Below, one piece after another: positions 39,817-49,616 of a DNA stretch of 64,000 bases. Position 1 is the stretch's first letter. Each line of letters starts with the position of its first letter. Both the position numbers and the translations under genes were made by a program. Below the pieces are notes generated by a model. The model had not been told where the DNA came from. It did not search any database and saw only the letters and a program-made list of their open reading frames with translations. The stretch comes from a virus. The DNA is taken from the IMG/VR virus record IMGVR_UViG_3300021364_000012, positions 11,909 to 75,908 of that record; one strand, given 5' to 3'.

Positions 39817-40785
39817 TTAACCTCTTCTTCTCTTCTTCAGCTTAGGGTTCTTCTTTGGTGTCGGAGAAGGAGTTTGAGTAGGTGCTTTCTTGGCATCCTC
39901 TCTCTTAAGCTCATTCTTCTGTGTGTCTCTTTCTTTCTGAACATTGAGCTTAGAAGGATTATTCTCCCCCTTAACCTTACCAGCCCAATCAGGGACATCA
40001 CTACGACTATCAGAGCCTTTATCTGAAGAAACTTCTTTCTTCTCATCCTTGTCATAAACAAGAAAACCCTTAGCTCTATAGTCCCTCATATACTGAGCCA
40101 TATTTTTAGAAGCTCCAGAGCCGTAGTCGTTGATCTTACGGTTACAAGAGCCGGTTGGAGAAGGCTCGCCCTTCTTCCTAGCCCTCTCCATCTCTATTTT
40201 TTCTTCTTTTGTCAGCTCAGAGCGGTCTTTAAATACTTCACTACACCCTCTTTGCTGTGCTTTAGAAGAAGGTGACTTAAATCCACTATCTAATGCTGTT
40301 TTGAAAAAAAAAAGTTTTAAGATCGGCTCTCTTAACTCAGGTAGCTCATGTGCAAGTCTCACTAAATCTGAGCTTGCGTTCCTAGTGGCACTTTGACCCC
40401 AAGGTTTTGGTACAGTAGACCGATCCTTGCCATTAGCAGGACCCTTCTCTGCATCGTAGTTACCTTTATTCTTTTGCTTGTCTCGATATTCTTTCATGTA
40501 ATCGGCTCTTTCAGTAGAACCATTTTCTCCACTATTTGCCGAACCATACTCGTTGTGTGTCTGATAACAAGTACCGTAACCGGGACGTGGTTTACCTCTT
40601 ACATGTGGGTTACTACAATCCCCTCTAGGATTCTTAAGGGGTCTTGAGCCTGAAAGTCTCTCAAAAGATTCCAATTCTTCTGCTTCCTCTCCTAGCATTG
40701 GAGGGAGGATTTCAGCCAGTATCTCTTCTCTTAGCTCTGGACTATTATATGCAAGCCTAATCAAATCTGAAAGCCGTGATGACAT
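39817..40785 (-). CDS. Hypothetical basic protein with internal duplication, putative head-internal
   Basis: Two copies of DL(I/V)RLA...PELRE.IL followed by C..C..N(E/D)YGS...YM(K/R)(E/D)YR; late motif at 40827. Confidence 0.7.
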   Translation of the reverse strand: MSSRLSDLIRLAYNSPELREEILAEILPPMLGEEAEELESFERLSGSRPLKNPRGDCSNPHVRGKPRPGYGTCYQTHNEYGSANSGENGSTERADYMKEYRDKQKNKGNYDAEKGPANGKDRSTVPKPWGQSATRNASSDLVRLAHELPELREPILKLFFFKTALDSGFKSPSSKAQQRGCSEVFKDRSELTKEEKIEMERARKKGEPSPTGSCNRKINDYGSGASKNMAQYMRDYRAKGFLVYDKDEKKEVSSDKGSDSRSDVPDWAGKVKGENNPSKLNVQKERDTQKNELKREDAKKAPTQTPSPTPKKNPKLKKRRRG

Positions 40786-40850
40786 CTCAAACTCCTTATT
40801 TTTTCCGATTCTTCAATAAAGAGAACATAAACAAACTAAAAATGAGCACA

Positions 40851-41306
40851 CTATAAAAGCATTATCGAAACCAAAACCCCATTTGACTCCAAGTAAGAAA
40901 TACCATCCGTGTGGCTGTTAGGCACACTAGAAATAATAACTCTTGTAATACCAGCATGGTGGATTGCCTTCGCACACATCAAACAAGGACTACAAGAAAC
41001 AATCATCCACTTACCTAAAGTAGCTTGCCCTCTCCTTGAGCTGTTAAGAATTGCGTTCATTTCTGCATGGTGGCAACCCACATCATTCTGAGTGCCACTC
41101 ACTACCGAAATGCTATTTCTAAGACACACTTCTCCCCCACAAAGAGAGTCTTTAGAACCTCTAGGTGTCCCATTATATCCATCACTTAAAACCACACCAT
41201 CCCGTGGGTCGATGATGATTGCACCTACAGACCTCCGAGGACAAGGTGAGGCTTCTGAAAGCAAAGCACACTGCTTTATTCTTATTTTTAGTAGTTTGTC
41301 TTTCAC
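40851..41306 (-). CDS. dCMP deaminase
   Basis: SPCPRRSVGA, GYNGTPRG, HAEMNAI, SPCLMCAK; probable GTG start at 41306 after GGGGAG. Confidence 0.9.
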   Translation of the reverse strand: MKDKLLKIRIKQCALLSEASPCPRRSVGAIIIDPRDGVVLSDGYNGTPRGSKDSLCGGEVCLRNSISVVSGTQNDVGCHHAEMNAILNSSRRGQATLGKWMIVSCSPCLMCAKAIHHAGITRVIISSVPNSHTDGISYLESNGVLVSIMLL

Positions 41307-41391
41307 GTCTCCCCAAACTTTCTGGTCAATTAAAGACCGAAAAAGTATATAATACAGACAAGCAACCGACAAAAATATAAAGGAGACTAAA

Positions 41392-42099
41392 ATGGAAGAT
41401 ATTCGGTTTAGTTTTTTTCACTTTACAAAAAAACCGTTAAGCCACGACTCTCAAAGTGAGACGTTTCTGAACTGCTCCAAAATTCAAAGAGAAGTCTCAA
41501 ACAAAATGATGATGGGTTTTGACGAAAACTTCAAAGACAGAAACATCGGAGTTTCTGTACTCAAAGAGTCCAATTTGCGATCACTCTTTAACCTCAGATT
41601 TTTCTCAAGATCGGAAGAGATACCTCACGTCAAATATGAGGGTTGCCACTTAAGTCTTTCAAAAAAAGACGATGGCTTTTTTGAGGTCTATTTCTGCCCT
41701 ACAGAAACAGGATACGTCTCATTGACCCACAACAACAAAAAAGCGAAAGTAACTTGGGAGAAGATACAAAAAACAGAAGCACCTGTTTTTTCTCTCAGAG
41801 AGACAGAAAGTTGCTTCAAGGTTACAGATTTTTCAGGAAGAAGCATTTTGCTTTGGGTCTATGAAGATATGGCAGTAGTTGAAGAAATCTTAAAGAGAGA
41901 TGAGAAAGACACACATCTAATCAAGAAGCAAGCAATCTCAGAGATCATGGATTTCAACGAGGGTGGTGGGGGAGACTACGAAAGATACAAAGAGAACATA
42001 AAGACGCTCTCTAACATCAAGAATATTTCTGAAGAGGAAGTCGAAAGGCTAATTTGGGGCTTCACCTCCTCTTTCACAAAAGGCGTCGTATACCACTAG
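41392..42099 (+). CDS. Hypothetical protein
   Basis: 235 aa, AAGGAG RBS. Confidence 0.65.
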   Translation: MEDIRFSFFHFTKKPLSHDSQSETFLNCSKIQREVSNKMMMGFDENFKDRNIGVSVLKESNLRSLFNLRFFSRSEEIPHVKYEGCHLSLSKKDDGFFEVYFCPTETGYVSLTHNNKKAKVTWEKIQKTEAPVFSLRETESCFKVTDFSGRSILLWVYEDMAVVEEILKRDEKDTHLIKKQAISEIMDFNEGGGGDYERYKENIKTLSNIKNISEEEVERLIWGFTSSFTKGVVYH

Positions 42100-42162
42100 A
42101 CAGTTGAGATTAGTTTCTTAATAGGAGAATCCTTTCTTGTAAACAAAAGAAAGGATTCTCCT

Positions 42163-43452
42163 ATGAAAGCAGTCTTACTAGACACTTCTATTCTTATCCA
42201 TGACCCTGAAAGTGTGAACGCATATGAGGATAAAAAAGTCCTCATACCTATCTTTGTCGTCATGGAACTCGACCTGCTTAAAGATGCCCCCAAAAGAGAA
42301 AAGGGACATGTGTCCCATCTCGCAAGAAAAGCATCTTCTATAATACTGTCGAAACTTGAAGAAGAAGATGAGAGTCTTGAGATCGTGTCTCTTGGAGACG
42401 AAATAAATCTGAAAGACCTAGACCAAGCAAGCAAAATCAGATATGTGGACTTGCTTATCTTACGCACAGCAATGGAGCAAAACGAGAAATACGAAGACTT
42501 CACCGTTGTAAGTAAGGACGTAAACTTAAGGATCATAAGCGAGAGTGTTGGACTAAAGTCAGAAGACTACAATATTGATAGACCCGATAATCTGAATGTT
42601 GGGATGATTGAGGTAGTCCCTGACGATAGATTAGAGAAGATGATCCCCTCTTCTTATTGGCAAGGTGCGATAAGATACGATGACTCTATGGCTTACATAG
42701 GAGAACTGTACGAAAACAGATATGTCCACTTCGTCAGCCATACGACTGAAAAGACACACCTCTTTATCTACAAAGACGGCTCATTCAGTAACGTCAACAA
42801 AAAACTCAAAGTCGAAAGAGCAAAGCCAAGAAATATCGAACAAGTAGCAAGTCTCGACCTTTTATTGGATCCAGAAATACAGCTAATAGCCCTTCTTGGT
42901 AAAGCAGGAACAGGTAAGACATTCTTAGCTCTAGCAGCTGCTCTTGAGCAACAAGCAAACTACAGTAAAATCTTACTGAGCAAGCCTGTTGTAGATGTAG
43001 GTAGAGGCATCGGCTTCCTTCCCGGAAGCCTAGACGAGAAACTAGAGCCTTGGATGCAGTCTTTCTTTGACAACCTCGATCAAATCAACCCTTATTGGGA
43101 CGTGAGAAAATCTGAGGATGATCGTGGGGCGTTGATGGATAAGTGTAATATAGAGATACAACCCATCCACTCTATCCGAGGAAGATCACTTAAGAATGCG
43201 TTTATGATCATAGATGAAGCACAAAACCTCACTAAGCATGAAATAAAAAGCATCATCACAAGAGCGGCTGAAGGAACCAAAGTTGTTCTTCTAGGAGACC
43301 CGTACCAAATCGACCACCCCTACTTAGACTCGAAGTCAAATGGTCTTGTCCATGTCATAGAGAGAATGAAAGACCAACCTATTTTCGGTTGTATGGAGCT
43401 ACATAAGTCTGAAAGATCAACACTATCAGACATTACGGCAGACCTACTTTAA
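42163..43452 (+). CDS. phoH: PhoH2-type PIN-PhoH protein
   Basis: PIN: VLLDTSIL, ELD, SKDVNLR; PhoH: GKAGTGKT, GFLPG, RGRSL, IDEAQN, GDPYQID. Confidence 0.92.
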   Translation: MKAVLLDTSILIHDPESVNAYEDKKVLIPIFVVMELDLLKDAPKREKGHVSHLARKASSIILSKLEEEDESLEIVSLGDEINLKDLDQASKIRYVDLLILRTAMEQNEKYEDFTVVSKDVNLRIISESVGLKSEDYNIDRPDNLNVGMIEVVPDDRLEKMIPSSYWQGAIRYDDSMAYIGELYENRYVHFVSHTTEKTHLFIYKDGSFSNVNKKLKVERAKPRNIEQVASLDLLLDPEIQLIALLGKAGTGKTFLALAAALEQQANYSKILLSKPVVDVGRGIGFLPGSLDEKLEPWMQSFFDNLDQINPYWDVRKSEDDRGALMDKCNIEIQPIHSIRGRSLKNAFMIIDEAQNLTKHEIKSIITRAAEGTKVVLLGDPYQIDHPYLDSKSNGLVHVIERMKDQPIFGCMELHKSERSTLSDITADLL

Positions 43453-44091
43453 ACCGTAAAACCCTTCTTTTTTAAGGAACCTAGCGTAGTCTTCCTTTAA
43501 CCAAGGGTGCTTAGAAACGTCATAGTTCAAGTCTAACTCTACGGTAAAATGGAAAGTATCGTAAAAGCCGTTAACTAACTTATCTTCCACAATGTAACTG
43601 TATGAGGAGGAGCTAGAGACTCTTAAACTTTCCTCATACATATTCTGTACTTTGATTTGCCAGTTTTTAATAGTGGGCTTTAGTTGAAAGCTCCCCTCCA
43701 CCAACGAGGTTCCTTTTAAGAAAACTTTTCCACCCACCTGTTCATACTTATAGTCTCCGAATGGTTTACAACCCTCAATTTGTAAGTCCTTAGACCCAAA
43801 AAGACCACAGAGCCACTTGTCTTTTAAGTGCTTTGGAATGTCGAACGTGTTTAAGAAACTCTTGTACTCAAAGAACAAATCATCGACTCCGTTGTGGAAG
43901 CAATGCGTATATTTAAAGATTGTTTCAATTCGAGGTTTAAAAATAGCATATAAATTTTTAATAACAAAGGAGCCGTGTATTACAGTAGGGTCTACACTGC
44001 CATCAGAGCGTATATTACGATAGTTTGCATTCTTCAAAGAAGCCCTACGGACGGCTTCAAAAAGTATGCGATTGTTCTCTGTGTTTCCCAT
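43444..44091 (-). CDS. Hypothetical protein
   Basis: ORF with GAGGGG RBS before ATG 44091. Confidence 0.6.
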   Translation of the reverse strand: MGNTENNRILFEAVRRASLKNANYRNIRSDGSVDPTVIHGSFVIKNLYAIFKPRIETIFKYTHCFHNGVDDLFFEYKSFLNTFDIPKHLKDKWLCGLFGSKDLQIEGCKPFGDYKYEQVGGKVFLKGTSLVEGSFQLKPTIKNWQIKVQNMYEESLRVSSSSSYSYIVEDKLVNGFYDTFHFTVELDLNYDVSKHPWLKEDYARFLKKEGFYGLK

Positions 44092-44202
44092 AACATACCC
44101 CTCAAACAAAAGTGAATATCTCGGTATAACATACACACATCAAAAGATACTCAGAATAGTAGCAAGACATAAGAAGCACCCTCCAACATAGAAATAAATG
44201 TA

Positions 44203-45486
44203 ATGTTACAAAGATACCAAGATCAAAGAATTAGTAAAATATTCAGCCAGAGAAAAAGAGTAGCAATCTTCACTCAAATAGAAGAAATAGTCTGCCTCTT
44301 TTATAGTACTAAAGAAGAAATGCCCGAGGAGGTCTATCTTTCACTGAGAAATATAGACCACGAACTCATCACAGAGAGAATGCCTGAACTAGAGCGACAA
44401 ACAAAGCACGAAACAGTTGCCTATCTAAGAGCAATCTCTGAACAGATTGGAGAAGAAAACTCAAAGTACTTACACAAAGGACTAACTAGCTCTGATATTT
44501 TAGACACATGTCTCGCTCTCCAAATGAAAGAGAGCTTAGAACACTTGTTAGATTTAGTACAATCGTTCTTAGACACACTGAGGCACAAAGCTTGTGTCCA
44601 CAAGCACACCAAAATGATAGGAAGATCACACGGAAGAGCTGGAGAAATAACTACCTTCGGACTCGTACTACTTTCTTTCTATACTGAATGGGCTAGAAAC
44701 AAAGAACGAATTGAAATGGCATTGTCTGAAATAAGCTTCGGGTGTATTTCTGGACCTATGGGGAACTTCAGCTTAACTTCCCCAAAGCTCGAAGAAGAAA
44801 TATGTAAGCATCTAGGACTCAAACATGAACCTGTTTCTAGTCAAGTAATCCCAAGAGACAGACACGCATTTTTGTCCTGTGTCCTTTCTTTAGTTGGTGC
44901 TTCCCTAGAAAGAATTTCTACCGAAATTAGAAATCTCAGCCAATCTGGAATAGATGAAATATCAGAGAAATTCTCAGACAAGCAAGCAGGAAGCTCTGCG
45001 ATGCCTCACAAAGTGAATCCTATATTGTCTGAAAATGTAACAGGATTGGGCAGATTACTAAAAGGATATGTCTCTCCAAGTTTAGATAACGTATCTCTTT
45101 GGTATCAAAGAGACATGAGCCACTCTTCGGTAGAAAGAGTAACCATAGAAGACTCTCTCCATCTAGCGTGTTTTGGGATAAAAAGAATGGAGAAAGTCAT
45201 TAAAAACATGACGGTTTATTCTGAGAACATGCGAAGAAATATAAACCGAGAGAAAGGTTCATTTCTTTCCCACAGCATACTCTATTATCTAATGGATCGT
45301 GGGTATGGTAGGAAAGAAGCCTATGAGATCACTCAAGAGCTTACGAAAGAAGAAAACAACTTGATTGAGACTCTGAACAAGCTAAAAGACACATACTTCA
45401 CTAGCGAAGAAATTGAGAACATAGTCAGCGAAGAAAAGTACATCTCTAATGTAGACTACATCTTCAAAAGAACACTAGGAGGCTGA
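44203..45486 (+). CDS. purB: Adenylosuccinate lyase
   Basis: TKHE, HKGLTSSD, GRSHG, GSSAMPHKVNP signature, RDMSHSSVER. Confidence 0.95.
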   Translation: MLQRYQDQRISKIFSQRKRVAIFTQIEEIVCLFYSTKEEMPEEVYLSLRNIDHELITERMPELERQTKHETVAYLRAISEQIGEENSKYLHKGLTSSDILDTCLALQMKESLEHLLDLVQSFLDTLRHKACVHKHTKMIGRSHGRAGEITTFGLVLLSFYTEWARNKERIEMALSEISFGCISGPMGNFSLTSPKLEEEICKHLGLKHEPVSSQVIPRDRHAFLSCVLSLVGASLERISTEIRNLSQSGIDEISEKFSDKQAGSSAMPHKVNPILSENVTGLGRLLKGYVSPSLDNVSLWYQRDMSHSSVERVTIEDSLHLACFGIKRMEKVIKNMTVYSENMRRNINREKGSFLSHSILYYLMDRGYGRKEAYEITQELTKEENNLIETLNKLKDTYFTSEEIENIVSEEKYISNVDYIFKRTLGG

Positions 45487-45488
45487 AA

Positions 45489-46544
45489 ATGCGTATGGAA
45501 AACGAGTTGAAGCTAGACTTCAAAGATGTCCTTTTCAAACCTAAGAGGTCTACTCTTACTTCAAGAAGAGAAGTCAATCTCGATAGGTCATTTAAGTTGA
45601 AATGGTCTAATAGGACTTGGAAAGGGATACCCATAGTAGCTTCAAACATGGATACAGTAGCCACTTTTGAAGCTGGGAAAGTTCTCACTAATCTTAATAT
45701 GATGATCTGCTTGCACAAGCACTACACCGAAGCAGAGTATGTTAAGATATATGAATGGGTCTGCGAAAGAGGAGGAGATTTCTCGCAACATTGGGCTTAT
45801 TCTATGGGAATATCAGACGCAGAGTTTGATCGCCTAAGAAGCATCCAATCTCTAACAGAAAACGCAATCTCCACCATCTGCATTGATGTGGCGAACGGAT
45901 ACACTGAGAGATTTATCAATTTTGTCTCTAAAGTGAGAAGAGAGTACCCTGACAATATAATTATCGCAGGAAATGTCGTAACCGCTGAAATAACAGAACA
46001 GTTAATCTTAGCAGGTGCAGACATTGTTAAGGTTGGAATCGGGTCAGGCTCCGCCTGTACCACTAGAATACAAGCAGGTGTGGGATTTCCCCAACTTTCA
46101 GCCGTCATAGAGTGTGCAGATGCCGCACATGGTCTTGGAGGACGTATCATGTCCGATGGGGGGTGTACTTGTGCAGGAGATGTGTCTAAAGCCTTTGGAG
46201 GTGGAGCAGATTTCGTAATGCTTGGAGGTATGCTCGCAGGGCATACAGAGAACCTCAGATTAAACGAAGAGGGCAAAGCAGTCTTCTATGGTATGTCGTC
46301 TAGTACAGCTATGGAGAAATATCACGGAGGCGTGAGCAGTTACAGGTCTTCTGAAGGACGCACAGTGACACTCAACCCAAGAGGACCTTTAAAAGACACA
46401 ATGCTAGAAATACTCGGCGGTGTTCGATCTACATGTACCTATATTGGAGCAAAAGAACTTAGAGAGCTGAGTAAATGCACAACATTCATTCGAGTACTTC
46501 AGCAATACAACCCCGTATATGAAGCACAGACAAAGGAGAAATAA
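45489..46544 (+). CDS. guaC: GMP reductase (E. coli GuaC type)
   Basis: LKLDFKDVLFKPKRSTL.SR, SNMDTV, IDVANGY, GIGSGSACTTR, FYGMSS, YRSSEG, GGVRSTCTY. Confidence 0.95.
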   Translation: MRMENELKLDFKDVLFKPKRSTLTSRREVNLDRSFKLKWSNRTWKGIPIVASNMDTVATFEAGKVLTNLNMMICLHKHYTEAEYVKIYEWVCERGGDFSQHWAYSMGISDAEFDRLRSIQSLTENAISTICIDVANGYTERFINFVSKVRREYPDNIIIAGNVVTAEITEQLILAGADIVKVGIGSGSACTTRIQAGVGFPQLSAVIECADAAHGLGGRIMSDGGCTCAGDVSKAFGGGADFVMLGGMLAGHTENLRLNEEGKAVFYGMSSSTAMEKYHGGVSSYRSSEGRTVTLNPRGPLKDTMLEILGGVRSTCTYIGAKELRELSKCTTFIRVLQQYNPVYEAQTKEK

Positions 46545-46545
46545 G

Positions 46546-47721
46546 ATGAGCACCGTTGCAGTTATCGGAACACAGTGGGGTGACGAAGGTAAAGGTAAGA
46601 TCGTAGACACTATTTCTGAAAGCTCGAACTACTGTGTAAGATTCCAAGGCGGTTCAAACGCAGGACACACAATCATAGCCAACAATAAAACATTCAAATT
46701 AAGATTGACCCCAAGCGGAGTGATACAAGGAGCAATCGGAATCGTAGGGTCAGGTTGTGTTGTAAACTTAGATGTCCTTGAACAAGAAATAACGAGCCTT
46801 GAACTCCCAAAAGAAAAGCTTTTGTTAGACAACAAGAGCACTTTAATCCTCCCCCTCTATTTAAGAATAGACTCGGAGAGAGAAGAGAAGAGAAATAAAC
46901 CTATCGGCACAACAAAGAACGGTATTGGAGTTGCCTACGAACAAAAAGCATCTCGAAGTGCTTTTAGAGCAGAAGACCTAAAAAACCCTAGTGTTTGGGT
47001 AGACAAAGCAAGAGGTGTCGTAACTAGATATTTCTCAGACAAAGAAACAATAAACAGAGAGGTTGACGAAATCATAACACACCTCTCACACCACGCATCT
47101 TTCTTCAAAGAGAGAATTAAAGACACAGGGGAAATCCTCCACCAAGCATTTCTTAGGGAGGAAAGAGTAGTCATAGAAGGTGCTCAAGGCACTCTCTTAG
47201 ACATAACTCACGGCACATATCCTTTCGTCACAAGCTCCACAACTATTTCTGGAGGAATAAGTGCTGGAATAGGATGTGCCCTACCAAGAAACTCTGAAAT
47301 TATCGGAGTAACAAAAGCCTATTGTACTAGAGTTGGTGCAGGTGAGTTCCCTTCTGAAGAAGAGGGAGAGATTGAAAAACTGCTACAAACAAAAGGTAAA
47401 GAAATAGGTGTGGTGACAGGAAGAAGAAGAAGATGTGGCTGGCTTAATCTTGACGAGCTAAAGTACGCCCACAGGCTTAATGGGTTCACACAAATCGCTA
47501 TTACAAAAGTAGATGTATTAGACGACTTCGAGCAAGTCAAAGTCTTAGTAAATGGCGAATTAGTTGCTTTTGAGGGTTGGGAAAACAGCTCAAACGCTAC
47601 AAGCTATAGCGACTTACACCCCAACTTGAAGAAATACCTCTCATATATCGAAGGTCAAGTGGGAGTGAAAATAGGAATAGTCTCAACAGGACCAAGAAGA
47701 GAAGACACTATTTTCGTCTAA
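46546..47721 (+). CDS. purA: Adenylosuccinate synthetase
   Basis: QWGDEGKGK (canonical Asp), GGSNAGHT, IGTTKNGIG, EGAQG, GTYPFVTSS, TRVGAGEFP, TGRRRRCGW. Confidence 0.95.
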   Translation: MSTVAVIGTQWGDEGKGKIVDTISESSNYCVRFQGGSNAGHTIIANNKTFKLRLTPSGVIQGAIGIVGSGCVVNLDVLEQEITSLELPKEKLLLDNKSTLILPLYLRIDSEREEKRNKPIGTTKNGIGVAYEQKASRSAFRAEDLKNPSVWVDKARGVVTRYFSDKETINREVDEIITHLSHHASFFKERIKDTGEILHQAFLREERVVIEGAQGTLLDITHGTYPFVTSSTTISGGISAGIGCALPRNSEIIGVTKAYCTRVGAGEFPSEEEGEIEKLLQTKGKEIGVVTGRRRRCGWLNLDELKYAHRLNGFTQIAITKVDVLDDFEQVKVLVNGELVAFEGWENSSNATSYSDLHPNLKKYLSYIEGQVGVKIGIVSTGPRREDTIFV

Positions 47722-48005
47722 GAATAGAACAGAGTCTTCAAAAGAAAAAATGGGATTTGACTTTCATTGAAAGAGGAGCCATCGACGCTCAACTCGATTT
47801 CGTAAAGGTCTTCGCCCTCAAGAGGAGAAGAGAAAAACACACTCTTGTATTTCTCGGTACGGTACTCGCCTCTCACCCAAATATGATCCGCTTTAAGAAC
47901 CCATACTTCATTGATGAGATCATAGAAATCTTTAAAGACCCTAGTTGATATAATATATCTGCCTTTTTGTGTGACAGATATAAAGGTGCAAGTATATTCA
48001 GACAT
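47718..48005 (-). CDS. Hypothetical protein
   Basis: GGAGG RBS before ATG 48005 (MSEYTCTF...). Confidence 0.6.
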   Translation of the reverse strand: MSEYTCTFISVTQKGRYIISTRVFKDFYDLINEVWVLKADHIWVRGEYRTEKYKSVFFSSPLEGEDLYEIELSVDGSSFNESQIPFFLLKTLFYS

Positions 48006-48015
48006 CTCAAACCTC

Positions 48016-48186
48016 CTAAAAAAGAGATAGGAATAGTGCGAAATATCCAAACAAAGTAAAAAACAACATCTCAGGCAAATGCTCTTTAAACTGTATCTCT
48101 GTCTTCCCTGCACAGTTCTTATGAAAAACACTTCGAGCACGAAGGAAACATGCAACAGAGACTAGAGCACAGTAAACCTTTAACAT
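48016..48186 (-). CDS. Possible small membrane protein
   Basis: MLKVYCALVSVACFL...MLFFTLFGYFALFLSLF, two hydrophobic stretches; stop overlaps next RBS. Confidence 0.35.
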   Translation of the reverse strand: MLKVYCALVSVACFLRARSVFHKNCAGKTEIQFKEHLPEMLFFTLFGYFALFLSLF

Positions 48187-48257
48187 TTGAAACCCCAATC
48201 ATTTCCTATATTTCACTTCAAGCTATCTCTAAGAAATAGCTACAGATAAACGAAATA

Positions 48258-49001
48258 TTAATCTAAGGGTGGAATCTTCCCATGCTTCACAAGATTCGCA
48301 TGAGCAAGAGGCCACACTTTTTCAATCTGCCTAGAAATCTCCCGAGCTAAAATCTTAATCTCCCATTGTGCGTCCTCATGGTCACGCTTGGCGATGAAGC
48401 TGTTAGCCCAATTATGGAGCGAACCCGTACACCAATAGGTGGCATAAAGGTTCTGAGGTAAAATCATCCTAGCTTGCTCTCTCGCAACACCTAGCTCCAC
48501 CATTTGATCAAAAAGACGTACAGAATCTTTAACATGATTCTTAACCGCAGAAACAGCATCTAGTCTTAGGAACTTCGGATATTCATATGGGTCGTACTCA
48601 ATCGTAGGATTGAAAGTCTCGTCAAGGCTCGCTTGACGATTCTTAACGTCTTGCTTTCTCATCTCAGAAGGAAGATAAAACTCCAACTTCTCAGAAGTAT
48701 ATCTACGAGAAATCTCGTTAAAAGAAAAAGTGCGATGTCTCATGTGTTGTCGAGCAACAAACATCGGAACCTTTATCCAAAAAGTAATAACATTATGCTC
48801 GGTAGTTGAAGTATGACCGCTTCGGATAAGGAAGTTTGAAAGTCGCTCTTCACGCTCACCCATCTCAGTGCTGACTTGATCGAGACTAGCCCGAGCCGCA
48901 TTGACGATGGTTAGGTCATCGCCCATATGCTGAATGAGGGCAACCCCTCCAATCCCATCACCATAAATGGGAACCATATTTTCTCTGAAATCTTTTGCCA
49001 T
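48258..49001 (-). CDS. thyX: Flavin-dependent thymidylate synthase
   Basis: VNAAR, GHTSTTEH, RQHMRHRTFSFNEISRRY, REQARMILP, AQWEI. Confidence 0.95.
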   Translation of the reverse strand: MAKDFRENMVPIYGDGIGGVALIQHMGDDLTIVNAARASLDQVSTEMGEREERLSNFLIRSGHTSTTEHNVITFWIKVPMFVARQHMRHRTFSFNEISRRYTSEKLEFYLPSEMRKQDVKNRQASLDETFNPTIEYDPYEYPKFLRLDAVSAVKNHVKDSVRLFDQMVELGVAREQARMILPQNLYATYWCTGSLHNWANSFIAKRDHEDAQWEIKILAREISRQIEKVWPLAHANLVKHGKIPPLD

Positions 49002-49094
49002 GTAGATTGCCTTTCAAAAACTTGAGCACAAGAAGATATACCGAAAAAGCTATATTGTTTTTTGCTCAATTTGACTAGCACTCTACACAAAAAA

Positions 49095-49616
49095 TTAAAC
49101 TTCAGAGTCTCCTTCTTTTTCTTCTCCGTCCCACTCTATTTCCACCTTCTCTTCTTTATCTTTATTATCTTTTGGGTTGATCCATTGACTGACCACACCT
49201 TTAAGCTGAACTTGATCTTCTGTCCTAGTCTTAATGACAGTCTCCCCCTTAAACACGGAGAGCTTGTCTATCACAGCAGACTGAAGCTCAAAGATTTGCT
49301 CTCTAAGCAGTTGCATTTGTATCTGTGCATCCCTCAAACGGGCTATTAGAGCTTCACGATCTCCATTGGCGTTAGCCAACTTGTCTTTAAGCTCTTCTAC
49401 TTCTGAAGGGTCTCTACCCGAAGCTATCGCAAGCATCGAAGAAATACTACCCGTAAGCATACCTATTATTCCAATAAGAATGTCTCGGTTCTCCTCCACA
49501 ATCTTTGTGGTAGATAAAAAATAAATCAACTCACAGATAGCCAACATAAAGACGACACTAGCCCACCACCCTCTCTTGGCTTTTTCTGACTGTGTGAACT
49601 GTTTGTTTGTGCTCAT
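49095..49616 (-). CDS. 2-TM membrane protein with coiled coil, coupled to the cyclase gene
   Basis: Two hydrophobic helices then heptad repeat; ATGA overlap with upstream cyclase stop. Confidence 0.7.
   Translation of the reverse strand: MSTNKQFTQSEKAKRGWWASVVFMLAICELIYFLSTTKIVEENRDILIGIIGMLTGSISSMLAIASGRDPSEVEELKDKLANANGDREALIARLRDAQIQMQLLREQIFELQSAVIDKLSVFKGETVIKTRTEDQVQLKGVVSQWINPKDNKDKEEKVEIEWDGEEKEGDSEV

Noticed and set aside
46546-47721. PurZ / 2-aminoadenine (Z-genome) pathway
   Set aside because: Motif is QWGDEGKGK with the canonical PurA Asp (PurZ has Ser); no datZ/mazZ seen; neighbours purB and guaC fit ordinary AMP synthesis
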